64,000 nucleotides of DNA, taken from IMG/VR virus record IMGVR_UViG_3300025030_000071, positions 22,749 to 86,748 of that record; one strand, given 5' to 3'. Source of the DNA: a virus. Below, in pieces: positions 27,450-38,918 of the stretch. Positions within the stretch are counted from its first letter, which is position 1. Every line of letters starts with the position of its first letter. A program made the position numbers and the translations under genes. The notes below the pieces were generated by a model that was not told the DNA's origin, did no database searches, and was given only the letters and a program-made list of their open reading frames with translations.

Positions 27450-30400
27450 TGGCAGTAGATCAAGATGGCCTATTCAATGACATTGCAAGAGCAGCCCATT
27501 TCTATGATGCAGAGAACATAGAATCAGAAACCGTTAGCGAATTAAAAATTGGCGATCACCCAATCAACTGGGGCGATACTAATTACAAAGAACTTGTTAG
27601 CGGTGAATTCAGAATCAATGGGATAGCATTCCCAGTAGACCCCCAGAACATTTCCATTTGGGAAGAAAACCAGAACTATAAGTATGAAACCCTAAGAACA
27701 AGAGAATCTACCAAAGTACGTTCCGGCCATTCATCAATAAACATGAGTGTGCAGGCAATCTTTGCAGGGAAAACTGTTCTGTTTGGCGACAAGCACCTTC
27801 TTCAGACAACAAAGAATGCTCACTTCGCTCTCAACCATACCCTTATGCCAATCCTCTATAGTCTTAAAAAGATGCCTCTTTGTTTCTTGGACAACGAATT
27901 GCTAAGAACAACCCTGCCTGTTTCCTCAGATGAGAATATTGCTGCTTTCGTAAAGTCAGTAAACGTCAGTACGGTACAAGGAATGCCAGAAGTCCTTTCA
28001 GCCACCTTCCAATTTGTCTGGTATAACCACAGGCCCTTTGCCCCAAGGATCAAGTTCAGAGAAAACTGGTTAGATAAAACTGGGACAGTTGAGAGGATTG
28101 CTGATACTTACAGGGGCATGGCGGTTGATACAGCTCAGACAGTGGTTGGGGCGTCAAATGCCGTACGCGAGGGAACGGACGGTTATGCCTCGCACGTAGG
28201 CCGTGCCGCTTTCATCAAGCAGTATGGGCATCCCAGTATCGCCTTCAATGCAACAACAGGATTAACCGCCACAGAAAACATATACAATGCCGCGCCTCTA
28301 CGTGAATACCTTTGGCCATATGCTTACGAATCAACAAACCCAGCAATCGTAGCTTTAGGTAATGACCCAGCGATTGCAGCAATGCCTCCTTTTGTCCTTA
28401 GCGGATTTGATAGAACAATCAATTTAGATTTTACTATAGTAAAAGCACCAGATACTGTTTTCTACAAAGGTGCTGAAAGAAGTATTTTAGAGTTAGGTGA
28501 ACAAATTGTTCGAGATGACGTTATAAAAGAATACACCTTTGATGATAATGAAACCAACTCTGGGTCTGTCCCAGTTGGATATGTCTGGCCATTAAGTCCA
28601 AAGGGACGCCTTTCCAGCCACACAGGAGCCCGTACTCTCGACGGTGCAACAGGAGACCATCAAGGCATTGACATCCATGCGACAAGGGAATCTAAAGTTT
28701 TAGCTGTTGCCGATGGCAAAGTTTACTATACCTCGCCTCCGGGTCAGCTCAATGATAAGGCTGGTTACTTCATTGAGATCAGCCACAGAGGAGGAGTGTT
28801 TTCAAGATACCTTCATCTAACAAGCGTGAATGTGAAGAAAAACGACATAGTAAGAGCTGGAGACGTTATAGGTCTTGCAGGCAACACGGGTGTCACCAAC
28901 GTTGGGAGCAGCGGGGATGAAAGGATACATCTCCACTTTGAACTAAGAACAGGCGGCCCCAAAGGGCCTTATGTACCAGATCCAGAGAAGCTGTTAAAGG
29001 GTTCAGGCGAACCCCACCATACAGTTTCAACTACAAACCGTTTGATAACCCGCTTTGACCCAGCAGATATCCTATCAGTTATAAATAAAGACCTTGAAGA
29101 CATGCCAGAAGATACTGTTATGTCAAAAATTAATAAATTCATTAGTTCTAAAATGGTACAGGGAAGTACCTTGGCGGCTCAGGCAATGCAGGTAGGGGCA
29201 GGACCTGCTTTAACTAATTTGGTTTCTGGCAGGCAGGCGCCTCCCCCGGATAGCGATGCCCAAACCCTCACCACCGCCATAAACAAACTTATATCTGAGG
29301 GCTGGCACTTTGAGCGAGACCTGAATACTGGCAAGCCAGCACAGATCCGTTACCTAACTCTCTCTGCCAGATCAGACTCTGCTGATATTATTCCTCAAGA
29401 AATAAACTTTGGTTTTGGCACTAACCTAGCTATGACCCCTTTACAAGGCCATAGATTCCCAACGGTCCAATACGTAGGTGGCCAACAATCAGCTATTACG
29501 ATAGCGATGAGAGCAGAAGGCAAATACGGTAGAGAGTACATTAGAAAACTAAAAGACCTAATAGCCTCTACAGAAGAATCAGCTATTCATTTCAGGGAGT
29601 TCACAAAATACAGAGGCATTGGAATAACCAACCAATTAATTAACTCAGTTAACATCAATGAAGTTATTCTTGAGGATATGACGGTTGATGCCATCCCAGG
29701 CAACCCCGAAAGTCTTCAGATAGTATTAAGATTTGTAGACAACTCTAGAGACAAGGCCGCACCACCATTCTTGGTGCCTAGAGACGAAGTAAGTCAAGAC
29801 GATGCAGTCTTAAATGCCTTTGCTTATATCCTTGATCAAGGATGGATCCAAATAGCTATAGAAAAAGAAACGGCAAGAATAAGAACTGGTAAAACGCGAG
29901 CAGAATATAATCCCTATGCTGTCGGGGCCGGAGTAACGAGTGTGCCGATCCTTACAGATGAGATAGATGTTTATAAATTAACTCCAGAAACAAGACCGTT
30001 ACTCCATCCTAATATTGTCCAAAAACAATTGACAAACATTAAAGAGTATATACGAACAAAAGAATATGTTGCAAGAGATGGCGGACTTGCCAATAATGCC
30101 CCATACAATCTTTACAGCATTGATGAGTACAAGGAACTGTCAGGTGTTTCCATGCCATTGGCCTTTAAGGATTATAAATTCACAGAAATTATTTGGAACG
30201 CTGCTGACAACACGATCAGAGATCCTGTCTCCAAGGCGGTGCTTACAAACAAACTTTTTGAAATTATTGCCATCTTAGGAACTCCACAAAGCGACGGCAT
30301 CCCACTTGACCCTTACTTTGCGAAATTATTAACCGAGATAGGAAATACAGTTAGCTTTGTAAAGGGCAATGGATGTTACCCAGATCTACTATTGCCTCCA

Positions 30401-33244
30401 AACCCCATTACTGGACTTACAGTAGATACTCTACCAGATTTCTTCTTATACAATGAGTCAGATGTTTCTACTGCTAATAGCAACATCTTGCGAATGGTCC
30501 ATGGCAGTATCGCGGAGATGCCTAAAACCATAGGGTTAAGAGCTGCAATGTCAGCTATGGAAAATACCTGGGATAACCTAAAAGATTTGTATGGCGAGGG
30601 AGATGGCGAAGGGCTTAACCCAGCCAACGAAGGACGAACCGATGAGGATACAGGAGTTGGGGTCTATTTAAATTATGGGACAAAAACTGGGGCTTCTGGG
30701 AACGGCGTATTTAAACACGGTAACGAATCAAGAAACGTCCCCCCAGACTTGAATGCTGGCATCCTTTCAATCCAGATTGAAAATGGAGATAAACCAGCTA
30801 GGCTACAGACAGATATCAGCTCTCGCTACGACCGAAACGAAACAAATAGAGACAAGGCCCTCGATTTTAACTATGCATCTTCACCATACAAAGATATAAT
30901 CAAAAGCAACCCATCTATAAATGCCCACCAAATGCAGCATGTCTTTCATAAAGGCGAATATGAACGTTTGTTCAATAATTTTGCTGATAATTATTCAGGT
31001 GAACATTTTGCCATTAGAAGAAGTTTTCCAACATTCAAGATTTATTTTGTAGATGAGAACGCTGCAATTGGCCAAAACACAGATGACCAAACAATAAACA
31101 ATCTTATTTATACAATGGCTTTAGATGATTTCTATGGTGTAAATGCTGTTAAAGAAATACGCATTGTAGAAAACAAAGACATGGCAGCAAGTACTTGCAT
31201 CATAAGTATATTAGATTTGGATGGGGTTCTTTACAACAGAAAGTTCATGGATCCAAGCTCTGAGTTTGGTTCTAGAGATAGCAAAAAGTCAGAAAACAAC
31301 AACCCATTTGGTAATACAATGATTACTGAAGGGATGAAAGTCGTAGTTAAATTAGGACATATGAATGACCCTTACCAATTAAAGACTTGCTTTGTTGGCC
31401 AGATAGTTCAGTTTGAAGGCACGGATCTGGTAGAAATAATTTGTCAAAGTTATGGGACTGAACTAGTCCAACAAACCTTTGGCAGTAAACCCGCAGAGAA
31501 TGCCAACTTCTATAATACATATACTGTGGATTTGATCCATGACGTAATGGATAGAGAAGAACTCAGGCACTTTGGCCGGTGGGAATTAAAAAACATTGAT
31601 GCTCTTGGGTTCTATTTAGGTCACGAGAAATTAAGGCCAGATGGACAGACTAAAACAGTGTGGACTTGGAAGCCCTCAGTGGTAGATGATAATATTTTTG
31701 CCCCTCCTGCTGGTTCAGAGGCTGGATGGTGGGATAAGTTTGCAGGTAATCTAGAGTACGTCCTTTGGAATACAACCATTTGGGATGTACTCAAGGAAAT
31801 GGAATTGCGTAATCCAGGCCATATCGCCTACCCAGTTCCTTATGGAAATACCCCCAGCGCAAGAATGACAATGTTCTTTGGCGTACCTGGTATGGAGTAT
31901 CTTTTTGCTCCAGCAGAAACCCCAAATGAACAGATTAGTGATTTCTATGGGCAAAATTACAATGATGCTGTAAAGCAGTCAATCATATCTTTAGGGAATC
32001 ATTGGATCCCACAAGGGATCCAGGCCAGCACGCTAGAGCGCCTTGCATATAAAAAAGGCATTGAAGATTTAGCAACATTCTTTGAAAGTCCTGGATATGC
32101 ACAAAGATGGGATTTATCTGCGATGCAAGGGATGACCCTCTGGAGCGCTAGCGACATAGCCAACCTAACGACTATTGCCCCACATGCCCGAGCTATCGTA
32201 AATAAAATTCATCAATTGAAGCCAGGTGCTTCAAACGAAGAGTTCTGGAAAGCTACTATGATCTTCAACGAAGGTCGAATGAAATCATTTAGAAATTATG
32301 AACTTATAACTAGCGTCCATGATATTATAGCAAATGAAATTAGAACCGATCATAGAGACACGTACAACAGCATAGAGCTCAGATATACCGATGGATTAAC
32401 TGCGGTTGATAACGATGTTGATTTTATTGAATTTCAAAACAATGGGAATGTTGGGACTTTTACTGCCAATCTCGACGACAACATCAAAGAGCACCACATA
32501 AGAAGAAATATAGAAAATTGGCCCAATTGTAGCACGCCAGATTTGGCCAGAAGATATGCTTCCCAATTATTAGCTAACTCGCTAAAGAGAACCTATAAGG
32601 GTTATCTTATGATAATGGGGCGTCCTAACCTGAAACCCTATGATTACATTTATCTCAATGATGCTTATAGCGACATGTCAGGCCCATTGGAAATTGAAGA
32701 AGTAGTTCATACTTTCTCTCAAGAGACAGGCTTTATAACTGAGATAGTTCCCAACATGATTGTTACAGTTAAAGACGAAGTAAGCCTCATGACGGCCGAC
32801 ATGATGACGAGTTTCTTTGCAGAGACTTGCAAGCATATGGAAAACGAAATTCGTGCATCTTCGAAAGTTGGATGGGAAGAAGAAACGGTAGCAGCAAAGG
32901 GCCTGGGTGCAGGAGTTGTGATCGGCGCAGGCATACTAGCTGTTCCAACTTTCGCTTCTATATCAGGAATATTATCTGGCTATCTTGCTTACAAATATGT
33001 AAAATATTGTCAGACAAGAGAACCTATTGTAATTATTCCCCTCATCAAAGAAGGTAAGCCCTACGTAACGGGCATCGAGAGCATGGAGTCTGATGGGCTT
33101 GTCCTTTCAGATATTTTCGACCCAACAAAAACAGATAAATTTATTGATAGAATGGCAAAGAAGAAATGGCGTTACTGGGTAGATGGGATTAAGGATGCTA
33201 ATGAACTTATCCAAATCGGGTGGGCTAACTGGTTAACACGATGA
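27449..33244 (+). CDS. Baseplate hub / tail-associated lysin with internal M23 metallopeptidase
   Basis: HQGID (28658-28672), 'VLAVADGKV', 'SRYLHL', HLHFE (28928-); C-term 'G...IMGRPNLKPYD.IYL.D...M.G..EIEEVVH.FS..TGF.T' gp27/gpD-like hub end. Confidence 0.8.
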   Translation: MAVDQDGLFNDIARAAHFYDAENIESETVSELKIGDHPINWGDTNYKELVSGEFRINGIAFPVDPQNISIWEENQNYKYETLRTRESTKVRSGHSSINMSVQAIFAGKTVLFGDKHLLQTTKNAHFALNHTLMPILYSLKKMPLCFLDNELLRTTLPVSSDENIAAFVKSVNVSTVQGMPEVLSATFQFVWYNHRPFAPRIKFRENWLDKTGTVERIADTYRGMAVDTAQTVVGASNAVREGTDGYASHVGRAAFIKQYGHPSIAFNATTGLTATENIYNAAPLREYLWPYAYESTNPAIVALGNDPAIAAMPPFVLSGFDRTINLDFTIVKAPDTVFYKGAERSILELGEQIVRDDVIKEYTFDDNETNSGSVPVGYVWPLSPKGRLSSHTGARTLDGATGDHQGIDIHATRESKVLAVADGKVYYTSPPGQLNDKAGYFIEISHRGGVFSRYLHLTSVNVKKNDIVRAGDVIGLAGNTGVTNVGSSGDERIHLHFELRTGGPKGPYVPDPEKLLKGSGEPHHTVSTTNRLITRFDPADILSVINKDLEDMPEDTVMSKINKFISSKMVQGSTLAAQAMQVGAGPALTNLVSGRQAPPPDSDAQTLTTAINKLISEGWHFERDLNTGKPAQIRYLTLSARSDSADIIPQEINFGFGTNLAMTPLQGHRFPTVQYVGGQQSAITIAMRAEGKYGREYIRKLKDLIASTEESAIHFREFTKYRGIGITNQLINSVNINEVILEDMTVDAIPGNPESLQIVLRFVDNSRDKAAPPFLVPRDEVSQDDAVLNAFAYILDQGWIQIAIEKETARIRTGKTRAEYNPYAVGAGVTSVPILTDEIDVYKLTPETRPLLHPNIVQKQLTNIKEYIRTKEYVARDGGLANNAPYNLYSIDEYKELSGVSMPLAFKDYKFTEIIWNAADNTIRDPVSKAVLTNKLFEIIAILGTPQSDGIPLDPYFAKLLTEIGNTVSFVKGNGCYPDLLLPPNPITGLTVDTLPDFFLYNESDVSTANSNILRMVHGSIAEMPKTIGLRAAMSAMENTWDNLKDLYGEGDGEGLNPANEGRTDEDTGVGVYLNYGTKTGASGNGVFKHGNESRNVPPDLNAGILSIQIENGDKPARLQTDISSRYDRNETNRDKALDFNYASSPYKDIIKSNPSINAHQMQHVFHKGEYERLFNNFADNYSGEHFAIRRSFPTFKIYFVDENAAIGQNTDDQTINNLIYTMALDDFYGVNAVKEIRIVENKDMAASTCIISILDLDGVLYNRKFMDPSSEFGSRDSKKSENNNPFGNTMITEGMKVVVKLGHMNDPYQLKTCFVGQIVQFEGTDLVEIICQSYGTELVQQTFGSKPAENANFYNTYTVDLIHDVMDREELRHFGRWELKNIDALGFYLGHEKLRPDGQTKTVWTWKPSVVDDNIFAPPAGSEAGWWDKFAGNLEYVLWNTTIWDVLKEMELRNPGHIAYPVPYGNTPSARMTMFFGVPGMEYLFAPAETPNEQISDFYGQNYNDAVKQSIISLGNHWIPQGIQASTLERLAYKKGIEDLATFFESPGYAQRWDLSAMQGMTLWSASDIANLTTIAPHARAIVNKIHQLKPGASNEEFWKATMIFNEGRMKSFRNYELITSVHDIIANEIRTDHRDTYNSIELRYTDGLTAVDNDVDFIEFQNNGNVGTFTANLDDNIKEHHIRRNIENWPNCSTPDLARRYASQLLANSLKRTYKGYLMIMGRPNLKPYDYIYLNDAYSDMSGPLEIEEVVHTFSQETGFITEIVPNMIVTVKDEVSLMTADMMTSFFAETCKHMENEIRASSKVGWEEETVAAKGLGAGVVIGAGILAVPTFASISGILSGYLAYKYVKYCQTREPIVIIPLIKEGKPYVTGIESMESDGLVLSDIFDPTKTDKFIDRMAKKKWRYWVDGIKDANELIQIGWANWLTR

Positions 33245-33612
33245 TTAAAACTAAGTTTAAAAAGTCAAATGCAGAGTTTAAGAGCCTACAACAAAATGCT
33301 ACTTACATCCAACGGGTAAGAATTAAAGAATTTTTTCCAGAAAATAATTCAGTTACAGTAAGGGTTATTGACAATCAGAGCAGTTTGGATGGATCTACTG
33401 TGACGGATCAAATGTCAGGAACCGATTACCAGTTTCCATTGGGTTACAGAGGAGACGTTTCTGAGTCAATGGCCCCACAGCCAGGAGAGGTTTGCTATCT
33501 TATCCATTCAGGCTCCCAATATAAAACAGGCTTTGTGATCTTAGCTTATAGCCCTGGCGGCGATAGGGCCATGAAATACACCCCGTTAAGAGGAGGCTGG
33601 GCTTTAGGATGA
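33241..33612 (+). CDS. Putative baseplate spike N-terminal (OB-fold-like) protein
   Basis: 'I.EF.PENNSVTV...FPL...PQPGEVC.L' gp5/gpV N-terminal-like pattern; follows hub. Confidence 0.45.
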   Translation: MIKTKFKKSNAEFKSLQQNATYIQRVRIKEFFPENNSVTVRVIDNQSSLDGSTVTDQMSGTDYQFPLGYRGDVSESMAPQPGEVCYLIHSGSQYKTGFVILAYSPGGDRAMKYTPLRGGWALG

Positions 33613-34055
33613 GTGTAAGAGACAAACTCCAGACCAGACTAGACAAGATGGAAGATCCAGAAAAAGATCTTCAAGATGCTGTCAACAAATTCAGAAATCC
33701 TCGAACTGAAAAAACAAAGATCATTAAGGCAGCCTCAGGCAACGCTGCCGCAATTGCTGTGTCCCCGAGAGTGATTGACTTATCGGCACCAGAAAGTGCT
33801 GAGTCAGGCGAGCCGTTAGGGCTTACCATCATAGGCGGGATGGGTACAGTAGTTAAAGGCCCAGTTGCTTTTACAGCAACTCCAGGAGAAATGAGGATTG
33901 GAGGTATGTGGAAGTTTAACAACCTTTTACTATCAGCTGCACCATCCACAATGCTGACCCCCATACCTGTACTTCGTTTCTCCCTCCCTCTTGAAGGCGT
34001 AGCTAGATTTGCTAAGAACGCCACGATAATAGCAGCACTTGCAGGAGTCCTATAA
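33609..34055 (+). CDS. Baseplate-region hypothetical protein
   Basis: 148 aa coupled to both neighbours. Confidence 0.6.
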   Translation: MSVRDKLQTRLDKMEDPEKDLQDAVNKFRNPRTEKTKIIKAASGNAAAIAVSPRVIDLSAPESAESGEPLGLTIIGGMGTVVKGPVAFTATPGEMRIGGMWKFNNLLLSAAPSTMLTPIPVLRFSLPLEGVARFAKNATIIAALAGVL

Positions 34056-34468
34056 TGAGTCGTTTCGACGCAGCAGACTTATGGTTTACTGAAGAAGGCG
34101 ATTTAGTATTAGGCGATAATGGCGACCTAAAAGATACCACTTCTGTTTATGGCCGCTCCCTCTTACAAGAAATAAGAACAAGATTAAAAGCTGATAAGGG
34201 CGATTGGAAGCTCCATACAAGCCTAGGCGCCAACCTAACAAGTTACTTAGGTGAAGCTGCAACCAAAAGATATGTCTCCTTAATCGGAAGAGCAATTGTA
34301 GAATCCCTTACTTATGATCGCTTACTTCTTCCAGGAGATTTCGAAATCATTCCCTTGACATTAGCCAATGGGATTGTCTTATTCAGGCTTGTTGTTAAGA
34401 CTGCCGAAGGTGAACTGATTGCTAACTTTGGCTATGATAGTGATCGTAGTCGCTTCATGGGATATTAA
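34055..34468 (+). CDS. Baseplate gp25/W-like (DUF2634-like) protein
   Basis: 'DL.FT..GDL.L...GDL...LLQ.I..RL....GDW.LH..LGANL..Y.GE'; immediately upstream of J-like gene. Confidence 0.75.
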   Translation: MSRFDAADLWFTEEGDLVLGDNGDLKDTTSVYGRSLLQEIRTRLKADKGDWKLHTSLGANLTSYLGEAATKRYVSLIGRAIVESLTYDRLLLPGDFEIIPLTLANGIVLFRLVVKTAEGELIANFGYDSDRSRFMGY

Positions 34469-34471
34469 GAC

Positions 34472-35686
34472 ATGGCTAATATTTTAACTGAACGAGCTGA
34501 TCAAATCTTAGACAGAACTCTAAACCAATTAACAACCAATACTCAGATTAAAAGAACAACAGCAGGGTCAAAGGCTAGGAGTATACTTGCTATTGTAAGT
34601 TCTGAGATTGAGAATCTAGAAGGTATCTTAGCTGCTAACATGGTCTTAGGACTTGTTAATGGAGCTTCGGGTATCTATCTAGATTTTATTGGCGACCTAC
34701 TAGGTATCGACCGTGGTACCCAGAACCCAGCCAGAACTTACAGGGACGAGCAAAATATAAAGGTCTCTGCGCCTACCGGCTATCTCTTTGGTGCCTTAAA
34801 CAATGGTGCTCCAATAACAGTTCCTTCTGGGACTTCTATTACCTCCAAGAATGGTGATATTCGTTTCATAATGGATGAGGATCTGGTTCTTGGCCCATTA
34901 GACAATGAAGCCTTTGCCTCTGCCCATGCGGTCAATCAAGGACGTGACGGCAATATCTCTGCTGGTCTTCTCTCAGTCCTCAACTTCGACGGTTATGCCG
35001 CCCAAGCAAACACCCCATTAGAAGTAACCAACCTATCTTCAATTGAGAGTGGTTCTATCCCTGACAAAGATGACTACTATAGAAATAGAATAAAGAATGC
35101 CCTCCTATCTGCCGAGTCAGCAAATGAAACAGCAGTTAGATTAGAAATATTAAAAATTCCTTCTATCACAGATGCGATCTTCTTAAGGCGTTATCGAGGG
35201 ATCGGAACAGCCGACATTGTAGTAGACTCTGAAACCGGAGAAGTCTCAGGTATTACTATGGAGTCAATTAACAGAGCTATTGGCAGAACAGCCGCAGTGG
35301 GCATGGACATCAAGAGCAGAGGCCCCAAACGTGTTGGGCTCTCAGCAACTCTCACCGCAAAGTTCTCTGCACAATCAAGCGTGGCGATTAAAATTCAGGC
35401 CAAGACCGCCATCAGGGCTGCGATTGAAGCGCTAATAGCCAGCACCCCGCTTGGCGGTTCCTTAAGGCTCAACGACATCGCTGAAACAGCAAGAAAGGCT
35501 CATCCAGCCATTGTAGATCTAGGGCGCCCAAACAAACCCATTGATGACATCGTTATATGGAGAGACTCCCAAATCTCAGGTAGAGCCCCTTTCACTTTAA
35601 GAGAACAAGATATCTCTCTTGAGATAGATGAAAGATTAACCCTAGAAGGCTCTTTAATCAACGCTATAACCATTTACGAAAAATAA
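34472..35686 (+). CDS. Baseplate J-like wedge protein
   Basis: 'GS.AR.IL...ASG.YLD.IG..LG..R', 'ITVPSGT.I', 'G..GNI.AG', 'D..YR.RI', 'G.GT.DI'. Confidence 0.85.
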   Translation: MANILTERADQILDRTLNQLTTNTQIKRTTAGSKARSILAIVSSEIENLEGILAANMVLGLVNGASGIYLDFIGDLLGIDRGTQNPARTYRDEQNIKVSAPTGYLFGALNNGAPITVPSGTSITSKNGDIRFIMDEDLVLGPLDNEAFASAHAVNQGRDGNISAGLLSVLNFDGYAAQANTPLEVTNLSSIESGSIPDKDDYYRNRIKNALLSAESANETAVRLEILKIPSITDAIFLRRYRGIGTADIVVDSETGEVSGITMESINRAIGRTAAVGMDIKSRGPKRVGLSATLTAKFSAQSSVAIKIQAKTAIRAAIEALIASTPLGGSLRLNDIAETARKAHPAIVDLGRPNKPIDDIVIWRDSQISGRAPFTLREQDISLEIDERLTLEGSLINAITIYEK

Positions 35687-37615
35687 ATGATAACCTATAT
35701 TTTAACAGCTCCAGCAGTTACTATTGATCCAGGCTCAACTGAGATTGCTGTTTCATTCACAAGCACTAATCCAGATCAAGATATGAGCGATACTTTTAAG
35801 CTGTATCTGAACTATCTTGAAGTAGTTGCTGTAATTACCGAGGATGCCGGAGTATATACTTTAACCGCAACTGAGTTCCTAGAAGGTGGCAATGAAGTCG
35901 TAGTAACAGCAGAAGGCAGTGACAAGGATGGATGGAGTTCTGACCATTGGAATATAACAGTTAACCCAGAGGCATTATTCTCAGATGAACAATATTTCGT
36001 TTCATCTTATCTAGACAAAATGTTAACCTATTTCCCTTCTTATACAAAAGCCAGAACAGACAGGTATAGCTTAACGAGGCAATTCTTAAATCCCATTGCG
36101 CTTAAACTTGAAGAAAACCTAACTAGGCTTACGACAATGAACAGGGCCATGTCTCTAACAAATCTGAACAATGATGAACCGACTTGGTTATATGAGCATA
36201 GGTTAGAAGATGAAGAAAGTTTTCCAGAATTCGCAACAAGCTCAGGCGAATCAAGATATATACCACCAAGGGTTTGGGGTTATCGCGGCGTCAACAGAGT
36301 AGAACTTACAGCCGCAGAAGGGTTTAGAGAGATGTGGTACGAGGCATTACCAAGCCTTTATGAAGTAACTGATTTAGACAAGATCCTGGCTTCGCTAACT
36401 CCGTCGATAAAGATTACCTCCCTCAGGGAATTGTCAGTCTTCGATGTTCCACTACCCGGCAAACTCTGGATTGAAGTCCATTCGGCTACAAACCTTTTTA
36501 ATCTAGTTGATCAGCAATTCACTATAATAAGACTAGAAGGCCAAGGGCCTACAGGCAAGATCCAAGCAGAAAATTTAAGACTCTTCAAAGAAGGGACAAC
36601 ATCAACAGCTTTAGAATGGTCAAGAGTTGAGAAAGTCTTACTAGTCAGATCACCCGAAGAAATCACTGGTGAGTTAGTTATATATAATGCCCCGAGAAGA
36701 GCTATCGCCAAAGATGACAAACTTAATATTTACTTAGATGAGAATGAAGATAAAAAGCTAACATGGTCTCTTGGCTCAGACAGCTTAGGGAGCTTCTTAA
36801 CAACTACAGTTTCTGGCGAAGGCGATATCTTTGATATCGTGAAAGGCATAAACACAGCAAAGACTTTAGAATACTATAGATTGGCCGATACAACCGGTGT
36901 AGCGATTACTGTTGATGACTTCTGCCTTTCTAGTTTAAGCAATAGAATGTTCGGCATCGACAAAGACCAGCTTTATATATGGGACCGCCGAGACCCTCAC
37001 CATTCAAACCTCTCTGCCTTAACGGGTCAAACTACTGACCCAGAAGTAAATTTCTTCTTATTAAAATACTCTCAACCAACTCCAGTAGAAGGCGACTTAA
37101 CAACTGAAATAACAATTGAACTAGATACTCCTAAATCAGGTAAGATAGTCAGACGTTGGTACTGGGCTATTATCAATAGTGACAACTCAAGACTATACAT
37201 TGATAGAGACAAAAATCTAACAGCTTTATCCCCAGTATGGATAGAGAATCCAACCCCAACTGAATTCTTTGGTATTAACGAAAAGTCTTTTACAATTGAT
37301 ATGGTTGGTACTGGCGACTTTGTTGCTGAGCTTGTTGTTGATTTCAGAGATCACGAACAAGAGACCACTCGCATTCCCTTTCAGATCTACAACAAAATAG
37401 CTCTAGCTGAGTATTCATTAGATCATAGAGTAACTCTAAATGATGATATATCTACAATCTATTTAGATAATCATGGAGAACTCTTTATCATCAATAGATC
37501 AAAAGCTTATAGGCTTACTCCAGTATACAATGCCTTCATCCCTGATTACTCAAACAATAGAATACTTATGCGTGAAGAATATGATTCTGTTGAGGTTAGC
37601 TTAAATGAGTCTTAA
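35687..37615 (+). CDS. Baseplate/virion structural protein
   Basis: 642 aa acidic beta-rich ORF directly after J-like gene. Confidence 0.6.
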   Translation: MITYILTAPAVTIDPGSTEIAVSFTSTNPDQDMSDTFKLYLNYLEVVAVITEDAGVYTLTATEFLEGGNEVVVTAEGSDKDGWSSDHWNITVNPEALFSDEQYFVSSYLDKMLTYFPSYTKARTDRYSLTRQFLNPIALKLEENLTRLTTMNRAMSLTNLNNDEPTWLYEHRLEDEESFPEFATSSGESRYIPPRVWGYRGVNRVELTAAEGFREMWYEALPSLYEVTDLDKILASLTPSIKITSLRELSVFDVPLPGKLWIEVHSATNLFNLVDQQFTIIRLEGQGPTGKIQAENLRLFKEGTTSTALEWSRVEKVLLVRSPEEITGELVIYNAPRRAIAKDDKLNIYLDENEDKKLTWSLGSDSLGSFLTTTVSGEGDIFDIVKGINTAKTLEYYRLADTTGVAITVDDFCLSSLSNRMFGIDKDQLYIWDRRDPHHSNLSALTGQTTDPEVNFFLLKYSQPTPVEGDLTTEITIELDTPKSGKIVRRWYWAIINSDNSRLYIDRDKNLTALSPVWIENPTPTEFFGINEKSFTIDMVGTGDFVAELVVDFRDHEQETTRIPFQIYNKIALAEYSLDHRVTLNDDISTIYLDNHGELFIINRSKAYRLTPVYNAFIPDYSNNRILMREEYDSVEVSLNES

Positions 37616-38918
37616 ATCTTTTGCAGGTACCCTAACAATAGGGGCTCTCCCCTTTGCTGTAACAGGTAGCTTATCGAAAGTAGGTCTCAGGGTCCAGGGT
37701 AGTCTCATCTTTGCAGATGATATTACTAGAATCTTTCCAATTGATTATAGGATCAATGGTTTAGCTTTTACTAGTTTAGCCAATATGCTGTTTGTTGATC
37801 CCGAAGATAGAGTTGTACTTCTCTCCCCATTAGTTATAGCTGATACTTCTATAGATGCAGATTTTACTAATCTAACCATTACTGAAGCCCCCTGCACGAT
37901 TGATGGCCCAGCTGATGTTCTAACTTTAGATATTGATTCAGTAGAAGTGGTTGTTGATTATGGCGCCCTTGCCGATGAAGGCCCAGCGGTCGAATTCCCT
38001 TCTATCTATTCACCAGAAAGATTACGCATAAACGAAATAGCCAATCCTTATGACCATTTCGGCGATCTTCTTTCAGTTAATAGAATACCAGGTGAGTCCA
38101 ACGAATCATATCTAAACCGCATTAGGCGTGCAGCTAGCCACCCATCCAACAGCACATACCTTGGCCTCCTCAACGGCGTTTTAAGGGCTTTGAACCTCGA
38201 AGCTATACCCACAGCTAGGGTAACCATTAAAGAGGGCTTAGAATCGATCTCAGGCGCTCTCAGGTTGACATTAGATGGTACTTCAGTAAAAATTTATGAG
38301 ACCTGGATTTCAGAACAAGATCAACTGTCAGGACTGCGTCCAACGATAGAACAAGAGACCACCTTGGAAGGGTTCACAATAGCTGAGCTTGTTGACTGGA
38401 TTAACCAAAGCGAGTTCTATGAGGCCAAGCTTCTTGCTAATGGAGATGAGCTAGCTAACTTCATAATCAAATACGATTCAATTCGGTTAGTAACTGATTA
38501 CCTCCGGCCACAAAACATAACAAAGCTTACTGAAGAAAACCTTATTCCAGGAAGCCTTAGCTTCTTAGAAACTGAATACATGAATAATGAATTAGCCGAA
38601 GCCGCTTCATTAACCCAAATAGGAGATTTCAAAATCCATCATTCAGATGGAAGAATAGAAATCTTTGATCCTCCAAAAGAGCAAATGGCGTTCACGTATA
38701 TGATTAGTGACAATTCCTTTGAACTTGAATATTCTCCAGTCAGACTTATTGATTATTCAACCGAAGCTGGCCAAGAACTTCTATTCAATCAAGTTGAACT
38801 TGATCTTTATGATACAGAAGAAGGCCACTATATCAACGGTTTACCAACCGAAGAAGGCTATAAGGTAATAAGACAAGTCCTCGATCTAGAGGAGTTTCCT
38901 CAGCGGTGGGGTGAGTAA
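37605..38918 (+). CDS. Baseplate wedge (gpI/gp7-like) protein
   Basis: 'N..DHFGDLL...RIPGE.NE.Y..RI......P.NST..GL.NG..R.L' motif typical of wedge proteins. Confidence 0.6.
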   Translation: MSLKSFAGTLTIGALPFAVTGSLSKVGLRVQGSLIFADDITRIFPIDYRINGLAFTSLANMLFVDPEDRVVLLSPLVIADTSIDADFTNLTITEAPCTIDGPADVLTLDIDSVEVVVDYGALADEGPAVEFPSIYSPERLRINEIANPYDHFGDLLSVNRIPGESNESYLNRIRRAASHPSNSTYLGLLNGVLRALNLEAIPTARVTIKEGLESISGALRLTLDGTSVKIYETWISEQDQLSGLRPTIEQETTLEGFTIAELVDWINQSEFYEAKLLANGDELANFIIKYDSIRLVTDYLRPQNITKLTEENLIPGSLSFLETEYMNNELAEAASLTQIGDFKIHHSDGRIEIFDPPKEQMAFTYMISDNSFELEYSPVRLIDYSTEAGQELLFNQVELDLYDTEEGHYINGLPTEEGYKVIRQVLDLEEFPQRWGE

